Source of the DNA: Candidatus Bathyarchaeia archaeon
Lineage (GTDB): Archaea > Thermoproteota > Bathyarchaeia > Bathyarchaeales > Bathycorpusculaceae
Assembly (NCBI GenBank): GCA_038727135.1
Contig: JAVYWL010000001.1
Location: forward strand, 736,001 to 800,000
DNA length: 64,000 bases
Direction of reading: 5' to 3'
This document shows positions 29,305 to 39,727 of this stretch, one piece after another. Below the pieces are notes generated by a model that did not search any database, was not told the origin of the DNA, and worked only from the letters and a program-made list of their open reading frames with translations. The stretch's first letter is position 1. Every line of letters starts with the position of its first letter. The position numbers and the translations under genes were made by a program.

Positions 29305-29916
29305 GGCGGAAACAATAAACCATAAGCCAAAAGCCACAAGGACGGCGAAGCAGAAAAGAAAGACCATTGTGAAAACTCTTTCGTTCCAGAAGCGCCTCGA
29401 CTTGAAAACCGTTACAGAAACAAAAGTGTCCCATGCTAAGTCGCATAGCCAATGCACGGTGGCGAAGGCCAACAATCCAGCAGAGCCAAAAATGGAGGCA
29501 TTCCAAATAAGGGCTGCGCCAACGGTTGCCCACCAAATGAAAAAGTATGGGTTTGCGCCGGTCGCAATTAAGCCAGCAATAAATGAGGCGTGTCCGGAGT
29601 GGCTTATCTCGGCTCTGGCTTCCCTTCTAGTTTTAAAGGTTTGGAAGCCCATGTAGATAAGCACAGATCCGCCAACAACGCCGATGGTTTTCTGTACAAA
29701 AGTTGAGGCGAAAAGCCCTGAAAGCCCAAAGTATAAGAGCAAGATTAATGGAAACTCCACAGCTCCATGCCCAAGAGCTATTAAGGCACCGGCAACCTTG
29801 CTCCTATAACCCCTCGCAACAGTTACGGCGAATACTGGTCCGGGCATCATAACTCCTGAAAGGGATATGAAAACCACAGAAGCCAAGAAAAGAGGAAAGT
29901 CTGTTATGGGCTCCAT
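29293..29916 (-). CDS. LysE family translocator
   Basis: SGVMMPGP, ALGH, NPYFFIWW. Confidence 0.9.
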   Translation of the reverse strand: MEPITDFPLFLASVVFISLSGVMMPGPVFAVTVARGYRSKVAGALIALGHGAVEFPLILLLYFGLSGLFASTFVQKTIGVVGGSVLIYMGFQTFKTRREARAEISHSGHASFIAGLIATGANPYFFIWWATVGAALIWNASIFGSAGLLAFATVHWLCDLAWDTFVSVTVFKSRRFWNERVFTMVFLFCFAVLVAFGLWFIVSALLW

Positions 29917-29930
29917 AAGCTTTAGCCCAT

Positions 29931-31082
29931 TTAGGCTGAAAGGATCTTCTCTTCTGCCGCTTTAACTCCGCTTCCAAGGCTAACATTGTATCCTAGGTGC
30001 TTCAGCGTTGTTTCTATTGCGGATACTGTGGCGGCTATGTCATTTTGGTTTACGTTTCCCATATGTCCCACCCGAAAGCCTCTCCCTTTTAACGGTCCAA
30101 GGGTTGCGGCAACAACAATTCCGCGGTTTTTCATTTCGCTTCTAAACTGGTTGTCATCTATACCATCTGGATAATAAACGGCCGTAACAGTATTCGCCTC
30201 GTATCCCTTTTCCGCAACGATTTTAAGGCTTAAGGCGGTCATGGCGGCCCTAAACGCTTCAGCCAAAACGTGGTGCCTTCTAAAACGTTTTTCCAATCCC
30301 TCCTCAAGCACAAGCCTCAGAGCTTCATGCAATGCATAAATCATGTTCACTGGCGGAGTTGCAAAATACTTTGTCGGGTCCCTCATAACCGGAAGCCAGT
30401 TCTTAAAGCTTCCATACCACGAGCCGACAGGCGTTTTGCGTCTTTCTAAGTATTGTAAGGCTTTTTGGCTGACAGCCACTAAAGCCAATCCGGGTGGAAC
30501 GCCTATGCATTTCTGTGAGCCGGAGGCGCAAACGTCTATGCCCCAGTCGTCTACGCGGACTTCCATTCCTCCAAGGGAGCAAACAGTGTCAACTATGTAG
30601 AAGGCGTCGCTGTACTTACTCACAACTTCGCCTATTTCCTTTATTGGATTTGCCACTCCAGTTGATGTTTCCACATGAGTAACAGTAACAGCCTTAAACC
30701 CACCATCTTTTAGGGCTTCCCTAACTTGTTCAGGCTTTACAGCCATGCCATAAGGCACTTCTAAAACGTGGGAAGCCGCCCCATAAGCTTTGCATATATC
30801 AACAAAATACTGCCCGAAATACCCCGAAACAGTGTTGAGCACTTTGTCGCCGGGCTCCACAATGTTGGCTATCGCCATTTCTAGTGCTAGAGTTCCGGAA
30901 CCAGCCACCACAAAAACTTCGCCTTCAGTCATGAAAACCCTCCTCAAATTGTTTAGGGCCTCCCTGAATATGGTTGCAAATTCTTGGCTTGTGTGCGACA
31001 ATGGAGGCTTGCACATAGCACGCAAAACTGACGGGGCAACGTTTGTCGGTCCGGGAATCATTAGAAGCTCCCTTTCGAACAT
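29931..31082 (-). CDS. Class V PLP aminotransferase (alanine-glyoxylate/serine-pyruvate family)
   Basis: MIPGPT, GSGTLALE, HVETSTG, DTVCS, GSQKC, RVGHMG. Confidence 0.93.
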   Translation of the reverse strand: MFERELLMIPGPTNVAPSVLRAMCKPPLSHTSQEFATIFREALNNLRRVFMTEGEVFVVAGSGTLALEMAIANIVEPGDKVLNTVSGYFGQYFVDICKAYGAASHVLEVPYGMAVKPEQVREALKDGGFKAVTVTHVETSTGVANPIKEIGEVVSKYSDAFYIVDTVCSLGGMEVRVDDWGIDVCASGSQKCIGVPPGLALVAVSQKALQYLERRKTPVGSWYGSFKNWLPVMRDPTKYFATPPVNMIYALHEALRLVLEEGLEKRFRRHHVLAEAFRAAMTALSLKIVAEKGYEANTVTAVYYPDGIDDNQFRSEMKNRGIVVAATLGPLKGRGFRVGHMGNVNQNDIAATVSAIETTLKHLGYNVSLGSGVKAAEEKILSA

Positions 31083-31179
31083 TTGCTTCTTCCCCTATTA
31101 GCCGTTGAATGTGAAATTTAGGTGCTCCAACCTTTATAAATGCTAAAGTCTCTAAACTCTGGAAAGGTGGCACACCATC

Positions 31180-32214
31180 ATGAGCGTAGAATTCATAGGC
31201 GAGATTCCAGCCGAAAAATATTCAACCATAGGCTTGTCACGCGATGACTTTCTATGGTTTTTAAGGAAAATGTGTGAAATGCGAAAATTCGAGGAGCGTG
31301 TTGAAAGGCTGTTCTTTGAAGGACAGCTTATCGGTCCATGCCACCTATATCTTGGGCAAGAGGCGATTGCCGCCGGCATAGTCAAGGCTTTAGACAATGA
31401 AGACTTTATAATTTCCACTTACCGGGGGCATGGGCACGCTATAGCCCGAGGCGTTCCCTTCGAGACTTTGATGGCTGAATTGTTTGGCAGGAGAACTGGC
31501 ACTTGCAAAGGTCTGGGCGGTTCCATGCATTCTGCCACGAGCATAGAGCACAATATACTGCTTGCTTCGGCGATTGTTGGAGGAGGAATACCCATAGCCG
31601 TAGGCGTTGGATTAGCCCTACAATACCAAAAGCGAAAACAGATTGTCGCTGTCTTTTTCGGCGACGGTGCCGTAAACACGGGCGCCTTCCACGAAGCCCT
31701 AAACTTGGCGGCTGTTTGGAAACTTCCAGTCTTGTTTGTTTGCGAAAACAACTTTTACGCCTTTTCAGTTCCTCATAAAAAGTCTTTCGCCGGAGAAAGC
31801 ATAGCTGCTCGCGCCTCATGTTATGGAATGAAAGCCTATTTGGTGGATGGAAACGACGTATTAGCCGTTTACACAAGCGGAAAAGCCGCCGTAGCCCATC
31901 TCCGCAGCGGTGCTGGTCCAGCCTTCATCGAGTGTAGAACATATCGGAAAAAGGGGCACGGCGTCTATGATAAGGCTGAATACCGTCCCAAAGAAGAGGT
32001 TCAAGAGTGGATGAAAAAGGATCCCATAGAAAGGTTTGCCAACAATCTCGTTCGGCTTGGCATCCTAACAAAAGAGGAGTTTGAAGCGTTAAACATGGAA
32101 ATCGAAAGGGCGTTGGATGCTTGTGTGGAGAAGGCTAAGGCGGCGCCTTATCTCGATTTCAGCGAACTTTGGAATCTTGTTTACACTGAAGGAGGGGAGG
32201 CGCGTCATGGTTAG
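31180..32214 (+). CDS. 2-oxoacid/acetoin dehydrogenase E1 alpha subunit
   Basis: HLYLGQEA, YRGHGH, GGSMH, GDGA...ENN TPP motif. Confidence 0.93.
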   Translation: MSVEFIGEIPAEKYSTIGLSRDDFLWFLRKMCEMRKFEERVERLFFEGQLIGPCHLYLGQEAIAAGIVKALDNEDFIISTYRGHGHAIARGVPFETLMAELFGRRTGTCKGLGGSMHSATSIEHNILLASAIVGGGIPIAVGVGLALQYQKRKQIVAVFFGDGAVNTGAFHEALNLAAVWKLPVLFVCENNFYAFSVPHKKSFAGESIAARASCYGMKAYLVDGNDVLAVYTSGKAAVAHLRSGAGPAFIECRTYRKKGHGVYDKAEYRPKEEVQEWMKKDPIERFANNLVRLGILTKEEFEALNMEIERALDACVEKAKAAPYLDFSELWNLVYTEGGEARHG

Positions 32215-33184
32215 GGAGATAAGCTACGCTGAAGCCCTAAATGAGGCACTGCGGGAGGAAATGGAACGAGACGACCGTGTAATAGTTTTCGGCGAAGACG
32301 TAGGCGTATTCGGAGGCGTCTACAAAGTCACAAAGGGATTGCTGGAAAAATTTGGACCGGAAAGGGTTAGGGATACACCCATATCAGAAGCCGCCATAGT
32401 TGGCGCAGCCATAGGCGCAGCCCTCGCCGGATTGAAACCAGTCGCCGAGATAATGTACATGGATTTTATAACGATAGCCATGGACCAGCTGGTAACTCAT
32501 GCAGCGAAAATTAGGTTTATGAGCGGCGGGCAAGTGAGCCTCTCAATGGTTGTCAGGACGCAGTACAGCCTTGGAAGGGTTCACGGCTGCCAACACAGCC
32601 AGTTTTTGGCTTCATGGTTTCTAAACGTCCCAGGGTTGAAGGTGGTGCTTCCCGGCACCCCTAAAGACGCTAAGGGCTTATTGAAATCTGCCATAAGAGG
32701 CGAAGACCCAGTCTTGTTTGTGGAGGCTGGAGTGCTCTACAGCTGGAAGGGTCCAGTGCCAGAAGAGGAATACCTAATTCCCATTGGGCAAGCCGAAATA
32801 AAGCGGAAGGGTTCAGACTTGACAATTGTGGCTTTCTCCAGAACCGTTAGAGAGGCGCTGGCAGCAGCGGATAGACTTGCAGTCGAAGGCATAGACGCCG
32901 AGGTTGTGGATTTAATGACGCTAAACCCGTTAGACGTGAAAACCTTAGTGGACTCCGTCAAGAAGACGAATAGGCTATTGGTGGCGGATGACAGCACAAA
33001 AACCGGGGGAATTTCAGCCGAAATCATAAGCCGCATAGTAGAAGAAGCCTTTGACTATTTAGACGCTCCACCAGTACGGGTGAGCTCGCCAGACCTTCCA
33101 GTGCCTTTCGCTCAACCATTGGAAAACCAGTATTTGGTTAGTGCTGACAAAATATGTGAGGCGGCAAGGAGGATAGTGCACTAA
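32207..33184 (+). CDS. 2-oxoacid/acetoin dehydrogenase E1 beta subunit
   Basis: GEDVG, DTPISEAA, EIMYMDF, QHSQ, LDAPPVRV; ATG overlaps the E1 alpha stop. Confidence 0.93.
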   Translation: MVREISYAEALNEALREEMERDDRVIVFGEDVGVFGGVYKVTKGLLEKFGPERVRDTPISEAAIVGAAIGAALAGLKPVAEIMYMDFITIAMDQLVTHAAKIRFMSGGQVSLSMVVRTQYSLGRVHGCQHSQFLASWFLNVPGLKVVLPGTPKDAKGLLKSAIRGEDPVLFVEAGVLYSWKGPVPEEEYLIPIGQAEIKRKGSDLTIVAFSRTVREALAAADRLAVEGIDAEVVDLMTLNPLDVKTLVDSVKKTNRLLVADDSTKTGGISAEIISRIVEEAFDYLDAPPVRVSSPDLPVPFAQPLENQYLVSADKICEAARRIVH

Positions 33185-34299
33185 TGCCCGTTATCGTTTT
33201 TCCAAGAGTAGACCCAGTAATGACTGAAGGCATAATCGCCGAGTGGCTGAAACGAGAAGGCGACACTGTTCAAGTAGACGAAGTTATAGCCATAGCTGAA
33301 GGCGAAAAAACCACATTTGAGGTGCGCTCCCCCTACGCTGGAAGAATAACAAAAATACTGTGCAGGGCAGGCGAAGTCGTTAAGGTTGGTCAGCCCATAT
33401 GCCAAGTTGAAGGTGTGGAGGAGAAAGCCCCAACTGTTGAAAAGGTAGAGAAGCCAGCACCCATCGAAGTGAAGGCTTCTCCATTAGCCAAAAAGCTGGC
33501 AACCCAGCTTGGCATACCCCTAGAAGAGATTAAGGGCACCGGTCCAGAGGGACGGATAACTAAGGAGGATGTTTTGCTTGCGGCTCGGGAGAGGGGCATA
33601 GCTGTTCCAGAGGCGGAAGCCAAAGCAGTTGAGCGCAGAGTTCCCTTCGCCGGAATTAGAAGAGCCATAGCCCAGAGGCTGAAGGCTGGTTTCCATGAAG
33701 CTTTGCCCGTTGCCCTAACAACAAGGTTTGCCGCAGACAAGCTCGTCAAGCATAGGACGGAGACCGGCGGCTCTTTTACGGCTTATGCTGTTAAGGCTAC
33801 TGCCTTAGCCCTTCAGAAACACAAAAACCTAAACGTGACATTGGAGGGCGAGGAACTCGTTTACCACGATGAGGTCAATATTGCCGTAGCTGTAGACACA
33901 CCAAAAGGCTTAATGGCACCGGTCATAAGGAGCGCGGACAAGCTTTCCATCCAAGAACTAACACGGCGGATCAACGATTTTCAAGAAAAGGGCTTGCGGG
34001 GCGAAATAACCCTTGAGGAGCAGTCAAACCACAACTTCACAGTCACAAACCTTGGGGCACTAGGAATACAATATTTTACGCCAATAATTAATCCGCCGGA
34101 CCCGGCGATACTGGCTGTTGGAAACATAGAAACCGAACCTTATATCACGGAGGATGGACGAGTAGAGCCGAGAAAGGTTGGCTACCTAACCCTAGTCTTT
34201 GACCATAGGGTTGTTGACGGTGCACCAGCGGCAAAGTTCCTCGCCACAATAAGAGAGTTTTTGGAAAATCCCGAAACCATGGAGGCAAGCCAAGCCTAA
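33184..34299 (+). CDS. Dihydrolipoamide acyltransferase E2
   Basis: Lipoyl domain (EGEKT lysine), PSBD (ASPLAKKLA..GTGPEGRITKEDV), catalytic DHRVVDG. Confidence 0.93.
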   Translation: MPVIVFPRVDPVMTEGIIAEWLKREGDTVQVDEVIAIAEGEKTTFEVRSPYAGRITKILCRAGEVVKVGQPICQVEGVEEKAPTVEKVEKPAPIEVKASPLAKKLATQLGIPLEEIKGTGPEGRITKEDVLLAARERGIAVPEAEAKAVERRVPFAGIRRAIAQRLKAGFHEALPVALTTRFAADKLVKHRTETGGSFTAYAVKATALALQKHKNLNVTLEGEELVYHDEVNIAVAVDTPKGLMAPVIRSADKLSIQELTRRINDFQEKGLRGEITLEEQSNHNFTVTNLGALGIQYFTPIINPPDPAILAVGNIETEPYITEDGRVEPRKVGYLTLVFDHRVVDGAPAAKFLATIREFLENPETMEASQA

Positions 34300-34820
34300 A
34301 CGTTTTTTATCCACTGCTTCTGCATTTCCACTATTTCGCCGCTGTCTTTTGCCTTCGCGTAGCTTTCAAGCCTCTCCCTGTTTAGCTCTATGAAGGTGTG
34401 TCCCCATTTAAATATGGACAAAAGCTTGAGGGCTTCTTGGCGGTATCCGGCTATGTAGAGGGCTGCGGCTAAGGCTTCAGCCGTGCTGAGCTTTGTTGGA
34501 CAGCCAAAATTGACCGGGTTTCCAGCGATTAGGTATGGTAGGCAGCGTGATGTGCCCCTCACGCTTTTTAGTAAAGGTTTTTCTGCGTGTTCCCAGCTGA
34601 AGTCTAATGCCGCTAAACCAAAGTTTGTTATGCGTTCTCGGTCGGCTGGCGAGAAAGCCTTTTTCGAGTACGGGTTTAATACAACAGCCCTTCTTGGCAA
34701 ATGTTTTATTTGGCGTACAAGCTGGACTAACCCGTGGCGTTTGAGTTTTAGAGCTGTACACTTTTTGGGGTCGCACTGCCCAGCATGATAAACGACTATT
34801 CTAACTGGTTTTTGCTGCAC
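34296..34820 (-). CDS. tsr3: 16S rRNA aminocarboxypropyltransferase Tsr3 (DUF367)
   Basis: CDPKKCT, LPYLIAGNPVNFG, KLSTAEA, FKWGHTF. Confidence 0.93.
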   Translation of the reverse strand: MQQKPVRIVVYHAGQCDPKKCTALKLKRHGLVQLVRQIKHLPRRAVVLNPYSKKAFSPADRERITNFGLAALDFSWEHAEKPLLKSVRGTSRCLPYLIAGNPVNFGCPTKLSTAEALAAALYIAGYRQEALKLLSIFKWGHTFIELNRERLESYAKAKDSGEIVEMQKQWIKNV

Positions 34821-36354
34821 CAGCCCTCTGCACCTTTAAGTGGCTCATTGGATTGTCCAAAACCTTTGGAATCCAATCTAGAAGGTCTGATGCCACCATG
34901 TGGTAGCCCTTCTCCTCAAAGACAAAGTCTCCAGCAGCCCCATTCACAAAGGCACCGGCAACCGCCGCCTCAAATGGGTCTGCACCTTGAGCTAGGAAAG
35001 CGCCTACAATGCCCGAAAGCACGTCTCCTGTTCCGCCAACCGTCATGCCGGGATTTCCTGTGAAATTGAGTTTGTAGTGTTTTTCGTCGGCTATGATGTC
35101 CACTGCGCCCTTTAGAAGCAGCACAACGTCCAGCTCGGCGGCTGTTTTCTGCACCTCTAAGGCTTTTTCTTTTAAGCTTTCCGGCAGCCCCTTTCCAGTT
35201 AGTATGGCATATTCTCCAGCATGAGGCGTAAGCACTGCTGGCACATTTAGCTTTCTCTTAAATTCTGCAAAGGCTTTCAAGCCGTCAGCATCTAACAATA
35301 AAGGTTTGCCAGCCTCTTCCACAGCCTCAATTAGGGCTTTAACTGCTGGTCTTGTTTCCGCATGGAGCCCCAATCCGGGACCGACGACGACGGCGTCCAC
35401 TTTTTCCACAAATGTTTTTAGGGCTGGGATATTGCCCATGTTTAAGTGTTCCCCGTCAAGCTTTATCGTTATTAAGTCTGGTGTTAGGGCGGCAATGTCA
35501 TGGGCTGTTTTGTGGGGTGCGGCGACATAAGCCAAATCAACGCCTGTTCTGAGGGCGGCAAGAGCCACCAAGGCTGGGGCACCAGAAAAGGTTTCGCTTC
35601 CGCCAACAACGAGTAGTCTGCCAAAATCGCCCTTGTGGGATTCTGGAGGGCGAGGTTTCACAACGAGGCCTACGTCGCCCGGTCCAGCATAGTTTTCAAA
35701 TTCCTTTGGCAAGCCTATATCCTTGACCAGCAGTTCGCCAACATAATCCTTGGCTTTCTCCAAGCCAGCCTTAGCCTTGTAAAAGGTTATCGTCAAATTT
35801 GCCTTTACAGCTATTCCCAGAACTTCTCCTGTGTCGGAGTCTATGCCCGTTGGCACGTCAACAGCCACCTTAAAGGCGTTTAACATGTTAATTTTTTCAA
35901 CAAGCTGTTGTATTGGAGGCTTAAGCCTACCCTTCATGCCTGTTCCAAGCAGCGCATCAACAACCACGTCCGCCTCCACGCTTGGCACTAATGCGCTGTC
36001 AGAAACTTCATGGATGGTGACGCTTTCCCTTAGGAATTGGAGAGCTTTCCAGTTTTCCAAAGCAGCCTTATGAGAAATTTCCTTCGCCTTCCCAGCTAAG
36101 ATAACGGTCACCTTAAAACCCATGGCGGACAGATGCCTCGCTGCAACAAAACCATCCCCGCCATTACCGCCTAAACCACAGAAAATTACTACTTTCTTGT
36201 CCGGGGTGAATCTTCTGGCTATTTCCTCAGCCACGTTTCGCCCAGCATTTTCCATAAGCTGAAGCTGAGAAACCCCAAAATATTCGGCGTTCAGTTCCAA
36301 AGCCCGCATTTCACGGCTTGTAATGCATCCGCCTGCAACACTTTCAATAGTCAT
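34801..36354 (-). CDS. nnr: Bifunctional NAD(P)H-hydrate epimerase/dehydratase
   Basis: LMENAG, GGNGGDG, DALLGTG, HKGDFG, GPGLG, TPHAGE, GGTGDVL. Confidence 0.95.
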   Translation of the reverse strand: MTIESVAGGCITSREMRALELNAEYFGVSQLQLMENAGRNVAEEIARRFTPDKKVVIFCGLGGNGGDGFVAARHLSAMGFKVTVILAGKAKEISHKAALENWKALQFLRESVTIHEVSDSALVPSVEADVVVDALLGTGMKGRLKPPIQQLVEKINMLNAFKVAVDVPTGIDSDTGEVLGIAVKANLTITFYKAKAGLEKAKDYVGELLVKDIGLPKEFENYAGPGDVGLVVKPRPPESHKGDFGRLLVVGGSETFSGAPALVALAALRTGVDLAYVAAPHKTAHDIAALTPDLITIKLDGEHLNMGNIPALKTFVEKVDAVVVGPGLGLHAETRPAVKALIEAVEEAGKPLLLDADGLKAFAEFKRKLNVPAVLTPHAGEYAILTGKGLPESLKEKALEVQKTAAELDVVLLLKGAVDIIADEKHYKLNFTGNPGMTVGGTGDVLSGIVGAFLAQGADPFEAAVAGAFVNGAAGDFVFEEKGYHMVASDLLDWIPKVLDNPMSHLKVQRAGAAKTS

Positions 36355-36430
36355 GCCTTAAACCTAACAGCTAATATTACGCGTTAAGGATAAGAACATT
36401 TTCAATTTTGAACAGTCTCCTAATTCAAAA

Positions 36431-37600
36431 CTAGTCTTTCTCTGTGAAAAATAGGGTGAGGTTTGATACTGTTGTTAGGGCAACTGCCGAGAGTAGCCCC
36501 CAAATTGTTCCGTACACTTGCACGAGTGGGGATAATATGAACAAGGCGAAGCTTTGCCCAACATGCGTCAAGGTGCTTAAACCGCTTAGAACGGTTGCCC
36601 GTACACTGCTAGGTATAAGTATATTCCGCCAAAATTCAATTATGGGGTGGCGTGTGGCAATAAGGCTTTCTAACACTATGACTAACGCTATGGTGGCGGC
36701 TGGGTGGGCTAAAAATGTAATTAGAAGACATGAACCAGTCCAAGCCCAAGACAAAATGACTACCGTTTTCCTACAGCCAAATTTTCTTGTTAAGTGGTAT
36801 GCATAGGCTGTGGTGACCACTGCTGGCAAGTGCGTGGCTGAGCATATCAAGCCAAAGAGGGCTTCTGGTATTCCCCTCTCGCCATAGACGGGCGTTAGCG
36901 TCTCCCAATATGAGTAGGCACCAGCAATGAAGAAGGTTTGAGCTAGTCCTAAAAACAACATCGTTTTCTTTCCGAGAATCCATTTGGCTCCGTCCTTCAG
37001 CAGTTTGGTGTAGGGCTCCCTTTCACCTGCGCCCCAATTTTCCGGCATAAAAATCATCGCGAATACGAAGGCTGCCACGGCGATAATTCCAGCCGTTGGA
37101 ATAATCCACCAATATCCAACCATAAATGTGATGGTGCTCCCAACAATTCCAGCGGCAACATCCGCCACTAGGCTGAAGGATGTCCCCCGTCCAAAGACCT
37201 TGTCCAAATCTTCAAACTTTCCTATTTTCCCCAACTCGTCGGTTATCCAAGCTTCAAGGGAGCCGCTTTGAAGGGCAGCTCCAAAGCCAGCCAAGAAGGC
37301 GGCTAAAACCACAACAGCGGGGAAAGTATATGACGCTACAATCAAATAGTTGATTCCAATGAAAGCCAAGCCCAGAGCGTATGTGCGTTTTCTTCCAAAA
37401 CGGTCTGCAAGACCACCGGTCGGATAGTCAAACAAGCCGAAAACAAGTGCAAAGACCGCCATATACAAGAAGCTGTAGCCCAGCCCAAGGCTTTGGAAAA
37501 GATAATAAGCCAAATAAGGAATTTCAAAAGAGAATTCGCCTAAAGCCGAAACCATATAGTAAACAGTTACAACATGCAAACGCATGGATATAAAATACAT
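36431..37600 (-). CDS. MFS transporter
   Basis: Motif A PTGGLADRFGRK, SGSLEAW, many TM segments; start uncertain. Confidence 0.88.
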   Translation of the reverse strand: MYFISMRLHVVTVYYMVSALGEFSFEIPYLAYYLFQSLGLGYSFLYMAVFALVFGLFDYPTGGLADRFGRKRTYALGLAFIGINYLIVASYTFPAVVVLAAFLAGFGAALQSGSLEAWITDELGKIGKFEDLDKVFGRGTSFSLVADVAAGIVGSTITFMVGYWWIIPTAGIIAVAAFVFAMIFMPENWGAGEREPYTKLLKDGAKWILGKKTMLFLGLAQTFFIAGAYSYWETLTPVYGERGIPEALFGLICSATHLPAVVTTAYAYHLTRKFGCRKTVVILSWAWTGSCLLITFLAHPAATIALVIVLESLIATRHPIIEFWRNILIPSSVRATVLSGLSTLTHVGQSFALFILSPLVQVYGTIWGLLSAVALTTVSNLTLFFTEKD

Positions 37601-37694
37601 TCCAGTCCATTTTAAAATGTTCGTAGCTTCCCTTTTCCGGTAACACAAAATATTTTAATGGATTAAGGCTAGACAATAGTGTGAGGAGGTTTAA

Positions 37695-37937
37695 ATGCCT
37701 AAAGCCTTTGTATTAATCAACACGGAGATAGGCTCAGAAGCAGATGTCCTAAAAGATTTGAAGAAGATTGAGGGTGTTGAGGAAGCCTTCGCCGTCTACG
37801 GCGTATACGACATAATTGCAAGAGTTAGCGCAGAATCAATGGACAAACTTAAGGAAATCGTTACCTGGCGCATCCGTAGGCTTGACAAGGTTAGGTCAAC
37901 ATTAACAATGATTGTGGTTGAGGAGTCGGCAAAATAG
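37695..37937 (+). CDS. Lrp/AsnC ligand-binding domain protein (no HTH)
   Basis: AFVLIN...VYGVYDII...VRSTLTMIV; GGAGGT SD. Confidence 0.92.
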   Translation: MPKAFVLINTEIGSEADVLKDLKKIEGVEEAFAVYGVYDIIARVSAESMDKLKEIVTWRIRRLDKVRSTLTMIVVEESAK

Positions 37938-38032
37938 CCTAGCCTCACTCTCTTTTATTTTCAAACATCAAAGTGTTTGCCAAAGCACACCATTTTTAAG
38001 TCTTCAGAAAGGTAATGCTGTTAGGCGTTTAG

Positions 38033-39373
38033 ATGGCTTTACAGCACATACACATAGGCTTTGATGACACGGACTCCCCGCGAAGGGGATGCACAACCTA
38101 TATTGCGGCACTATTAGTGGAGAAACTGCAAAAGTTAGGCGTAGAATTCACAGATTATCCGAACCTTATTAGGCTAAACCCAAATGTTCCGTGGAAAACG
38201 AGGGGTAATGGGGCTTTATGCTTAAGAATAAAATGTGAAGAAAGCCTCGTCGACGTGGTTAAGGAAACAGTGATAGAAACTGTTGAGGAAAACTCCGACC
38301 TAGCCTACAAAGGAACAGAACCCGGAATAGTCTTCTTCCCAAAAGCGAAAATTCCAAGGGAAGTTAAAGACTTTGCAAAAAACGCCATAACAGGCATTGT
38401 AAACATGAAAACGGCCCTAAAAATCCTAAAAAGGTTCAAAGCCGAAGCCATAGGCTTCAAAAGTGGGCGTGGAATAATTGGCGGTTTAGCCGCTGTGGGC
38501 GAAAACCTTGAAGGGGACCACACTTTTGAGGTCATAGCCTACCGTGTCCCGGAGAACTATGGCTCGAAAAGAAGGATAGACGTGGCATCTGTTGTGGAAA
38601 TGGATAGGGCAACAGCCCCCTACACCTTCAACAACGTTGACCCAGAAACTGGCAGAATCTTGATAACACCTCGGGGACCAGATCCAATACTCTTCGGTAT
38701 AAGAGGAGAAACTCCCGAAATTGTTAAGAAGGCTTTCGAGATGGTTAAGCCCCTTGAACCAGTGGAGCGGTGGGTCATATTCCGCACAAACCACGGCACA
38801 GACGCCCACCTAAAACGGGTCAAAAACTTAAGCGAGGTAAAACCCTACCACCCGGTCATAGCCCGGGGAACGGTGGCGTCAAATCCAAAAGTGGTTCCGA
38901 GAAGGCACGTTATTTTCCAGGTTAAGGATGACAGCACTTGCGTTGACTGCGCTGCATACGAGCCTACTGGCACATTGCGAAAAGTGGCAAGCAAACTCGT
39001 AGTCGGCGATTTTGTGGAGGTTTACGGCGGTGTTCGTCCACCATCTGAAGGGCGTCCATTAACAATAAACCTTGAAAAACTACGCTTGTTAAAGCTGGCG
39101 CCAAAAATCGTTTACCAGAACCCAGCCTGCCCGCAGTGTGGTAAACGGCTAAAATCTATGGGAAGGGGCAAAGGCTTTAGGTGCGAAAAATGCGGCGCAC
39201 GCTACGCGGAACTGGAGAAGGTTGCTGTCAAAGTTAAGCGTGAGGTGCTGAAGGGACTTTATATCACTTCGCCCCGTTCCCAGAGGCATCTAACAAAGCC
39301 TTTCATTCGTTATGGTATGGAAAAACGCCACACACCCATGGGCAACTTGATTGAAGGTTGGCACTTTCCATAG
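38033..39373 (+). CDS. tiaS: tRNA(Ile2) 2-agmatinylcytidine synthetase
   Basis: DDTDS..GCTT, RLNPNVPWKTRGNG, DPILFGIRG, TNHGTD, OB fold, CxxC..CxxC, RHLTKP. Confidence 0.96.
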   Translation: MALQHIHIGFDDTDSPRRGCTTYIAALLVEKLQKLGVEFTDYPNLIRLNPNVPWKTRGNGALCLRIKCEESLVDVVKETVIETVEENSDLAYKGTEPGIVFFPKAKIPREVKDFAKNAITGIVNMKTALKILKRFKAEAIGFKSGRGIIGGLAAVGENLEGDHTFEVIAYRVPENYGSKRRIDVASVVEMDRATAPYTFNNVDPETGRILITPRGPDPILFGIRGETPEIVKKAFEMVKPLEPVERWVIFRTNHGTDAHLKRVKNLSEVKPYHPVIARGTVASNPKVVPRRHVIFQVKDDSTCVDCAAYEPTGTLRKVASKLVVGDFVEVYGGVRPPSEGRPLTINLEKLRLLKLAPKIVYQNPACPQCGKRLKSMGRGKGFRCEKCGARYAELEKVAVKVKREVLKGLYITSPRSQRHLTKPFIRYGMEKRHTPMGNLIEGWHFP

Positions 39374-39388
39374 GAACGCTTACCATCT

Positions 39389-39649
39389 TTAGCTTTCTTT
39401 AACCTTGAAGATTTCGCACAACAACCTATAAAGCTCATCTCCGCCCTCAACCTTTGAGAAAAGCTCCTTTTCAGCCTTGAGTATGCGCCCCACAGCCTGA
39501 TAAGTTTGCCTCCACTCCAACTCCTTCCACATCAGCTTATAGTTTTTCAGCTCAATCCAAGCCCTAAAAATTAAAACGACAAACATGCCTAAAGTCAAAG
39601 CCAAGTTTAACAAGTATATTTCAAGCAATTCCAGCCCATCCACCTCCAA
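39389..39649 (-). CDS. Small membrane-anchored hypothetical protein
   Basis: N-terminal TM helix; fills the gap between tiaS and the FUN14 gene. Confidence 0.65.
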   Translation of the reverse strand: MEVDGLELLEIYLLNLALTLGMFVVLIFRAWIELKNYKLMWKELEWRQTYQAVGRILKAEKELFSKVEGGDELYRLLCEIFKVKES

Positions 39650-39727
39650 TCAACACTAAAATAGCGCTAAAAGGTTTATAAGGTGATAAAATTTAACAGT
39701 TGGCAAAGGTTTGGAGAATCCTTTCGA

